Both the position numbers and the translations under genes were made by a program. DNA of 63,908 bases, counting the filler, from Perkinsus chesapeaki ATCC PRA-425 (Eukaryota > Protista > Perkinsozoa): NCBI GenBank assembly GCA_013115145.1. It is 4 parts of 4 records of this genome, joined end to end, with 100 filler letters (N's around TTAATTAATTAA, not from the genome) between each part and the next. Parts side by side here need not be neighbours in the genome. Positions count along the whole stretch, not along the records: positions 58,773 to 62,615 come from JAAPAO010001350.1; positions 62,716 to 63,908 come from JAAPAO010002117.1; 2 more parts are not named here. One strand, 5' to 3'. Shown here piece after piece: positions 61,411 to 63,908 of this stretch. The notes under the pieces were generated by a model. That model did no database searches, was not told the DNA's origin, and saw nothing but the letters and a program-made list of their open reading frames with translations. The stretch's first letter is position 1. Every line of letters begins with the position of its first letter.

Positions 61411-62437
61411 TATATGTATTTCGTCAGATACACCTCATTCAACCAGGATCCTGGTAGATGACTTTAATCTTTCTAAAGAGATCTGTGCTGAGCAGGTTGC
61501 TATGAGAAACCTCAGGGGAAATGTGTCTACAATCAAGTGACAAATGAGATCTCAGGTTGCACGTGCAGGAAGGGCGTGCTTCCCATGGGTAAAGTAACAA
61601 CCCCGGTAATTGCTACGTGTGTTTGCACACGGTGCGACTAGTCCGCCACAGGGGTGCTCGCTCGCCCCGCGCAGCGGTTTCTGTTGCTCACTCATCGCAA
61701 AGGAGTGATAACTCATCCCTAGTAGTACTAGGCTACTAGCCATCGTACTAGTAGTACGATCGCTTCTCCCCCCTTTTTTTAACCGGGTCTCTATAGGCCT
61801 CATCGCCCGTCTCATCTCATATCCCTATACTCTCCTCTCGGGAGTTCACATGTCCGACTGTGTATATCTATTTCCGCACTCCGGGGTGCGGGCTGAAGGT
61901 TTCCCATGTGATCTGTAGTATCTGTCTTGTGCCACCCCAGTGGATACCGGGCTAGTCGCGAATCTTAACAGGCTTACAGCAAGCTATTATGGCTTCATGC
62001 TCGTAACAACTTGTTACGAGCGTGTAAGGGAGTATTGTGTGAATTGTCCCTTGTTACCAACAATATTGTGTGGATTGTCCCTTATTACCAACTGCTCGGC
62101 TCCTTGGTGTCACCAAGTTTGTGTGTGCAACACACTGTGGTAGAGGGTCGTTCCTGGTCGTTGGTAGCCGGAACCTTCGTGATGTGCCTACGGCTTTACT
62201 TCCGCATAATTTATGACTCGCGCGTATCGATCACGCTATGCCGTGTCCTAATGTCGCACACGCACTGTCGGTTATATGCTTTCGGGGGATGAGCTTGAGT
62301 TTTCTCCCCTATCCCTTCCCACACGGCGCAAGGACCTTGCCGTTTTTCGACTTTGGCCCTTTGAAGTGTAGGAAACCCACTTTCCCGCACTCGGACCCAC
62401 GCGCCGTAACGGAAGGATTTAAAATGATTTACAATCC

Positions 62438-62525
62438 ACGAAAAGCATGAAAGTTTCATGCTTTTCGTAAGCGGCCAGCACAGACACAAGCGGCCAGCAG
62501 ACAGTGTTTCATCATGAAACACTGT
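62438..62525. other. Long-armed paired palindromic scar, inferred TSD CATGAAAC
   Basis: 15+1+15 palindrome at 62438-62468 and 12+1+12 palindrome at 62501-62525. Confidence 0.7.
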
Positions 62526-62715
62526 GTACTCATGCAAGATAGGAGAGACGTCGAGTGTACCGTTGTAGCGACCAGTGGACCGGTGGCAGTGGTCACTCAA
62601 CAACAATGCCTTCAANNNNNNNNNNNNNNNNNNNNNNNNNNNNNNNNNNNNNNNNNNNNTTAATTAATTAANNNNNNNNNNNNNNNNNNNNNNNNNNNNN
62701 NNNNNNNNNNNNNNN

Positions 62716-63197
62716 GTGCTAAGGTTTATGCGGTCTGCAGTGGAAGGAACGCTGAGTATGTTAAATCACTTGGTGCTGATGTGGTTATGGATTATACCAA
62801 AGAAGGTTTCCAGCTCCCTAATGAGCAATGTCCACCCAACACGGTTGATATGGTTTATGACTGTGTGACTAGCGCTCAGGACATGAACTATGAGCCTACC
62901 GCTCGTGGTACCCTTAAGGAGGGAGGCATGTACGTGTGCACCAATTCCCCGAGTCTGGAGGACTGGATGGCATTCTTCATCGACCAGCAAGTCCCCTTCC
63001 CTGCCCAACGACCCAATTACTCTCTGGCTCTCGTGGACTCCAACACCGAGGATCTCAACGAACTGTCTGGGTTGGTGACCTCAGGCAAGTTGTCCGTCCA
63101 AATCAAGGAGGTCCCCTTCACAGAAAAAGGCTGCAAGGAGGCGGTCGATGCAATTCTCGGCAGGAAAATCCGCGGGAAAGTTGTCATCACGATGTGA
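62716..63197 (+). CDS. MDR-family NADPH:quinone oxidoreductase / zinc-type alcohol dehydrogenase-like protein, C-terminal part (5' lost in gap)
   Basis: AKVYAVCSGRNAEYVKSLGADVVMDYT...VDMVYDCV...GKLSVQI...RGKVVITM*. Confidence 0.85.
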
Positions 63198-63432
63198 GCC
63201 GTCCCTTACTTCGCGTTCTCCATCAACCCTGATTATCTTAAACACTTTCGAGATTTCATCCAACTGTTTCGTCGCGTTGTCAAGTTGGGTGATGAGAGTC
63301 ATAGAGGAGCATTATATATGTTCCTAGAAGTAACGCATACGATATTCCAATTCCGTCTGGGAAATTTTTTCCGCCTCGAACCCTGTCGTAGTTCGTATTG
63401 GGAACACACCCGAGAAACACACTTCTGTGAGG

Positions 63433-63908
63433 TTAGGTGAATCCCTGGTTGAAGAGGCTGAGGAATGGAGAAGTAAATCTCTGTATATAGAAGCTTGCTA
63501 TGACTCTGGTGCCTAACCAGATCGTGATGGGGATAATATACAATGTCAGAGTGACCAGGGAGTCGTAAGAGACCACCAGATGCTCCTGGAAGGAATCCAT
63601 TCGGCTTTCATCCTTGGTCCAGGCAACTGAGTTTTCTATCAAAACTTCTGTTAAATCTCTGCATTTGGAACACTTTTTCGATCCCCGAGAAACCGCGTCA
63701 ACTGACACCAGTTACATCCCTCTTTCGAAGAACGATACAGTGACAATAACAGTATAGATTCTAAGCCATAACGAAAGGCTGAACATATAATGGATGATCT
63801 AACCAAGGCATCTTCGGCGCTGGACTATAAACCCAAACACCCACTCTGAGGCGAGATGACTCCCGGTGAGAAATTTGTAAGAGGTAACTGTGAGAGACAG
63901 TGACCCAT
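63433..63908 (-). CDS. 3' part of a membrane protein gene entering from beyond the window
   Basis: Hydrophobic terminal exon ...LVTLTLYIIPITIWLGTRVIASFYIQRF...*. Confidence 0.3.

Overview
Eukaryotic scaffold window, most likely Perkinsus (alveolate). The evidence is a Perkinsus/dinoflagellate-type spliced-leader RNA gene, short GT-AG introns and expanded secreted hydrolase families. About 1-21 kb is a compact block of mostly minus-strand housekeeping genes: a mucin-like protein, TMX2, a spastin-like AAA ATPase, Moco sulfurase, TTC27 and a BIVM-like protein. About 21-64 kb is an accessory, decaying region with three A1 aspartic proteases (one pseudogene), a disrupted cathepsin B, an atypical S1/P1 nuclease, hAT and MULE transposase relics, tRNA-like heads, tandem repeats and assembly gaps, three of which carry an artificial TTAATTAATTAA spacer. 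The most striking signal is a stereotyped scar: for an 8-mer X, the sequence X(1-7)+revcomp(X)+X(2-8), plus longer 1-nt-centred palindromes. I found six exact, four one-mismatch and three long-armed paired examples. This matches the hairpin-intermediate excision footprint of an 8-bp-TSD (hAT-type) transposon. Exon boundaries were estimated by eye, so multi-exon gene limits are approximate.
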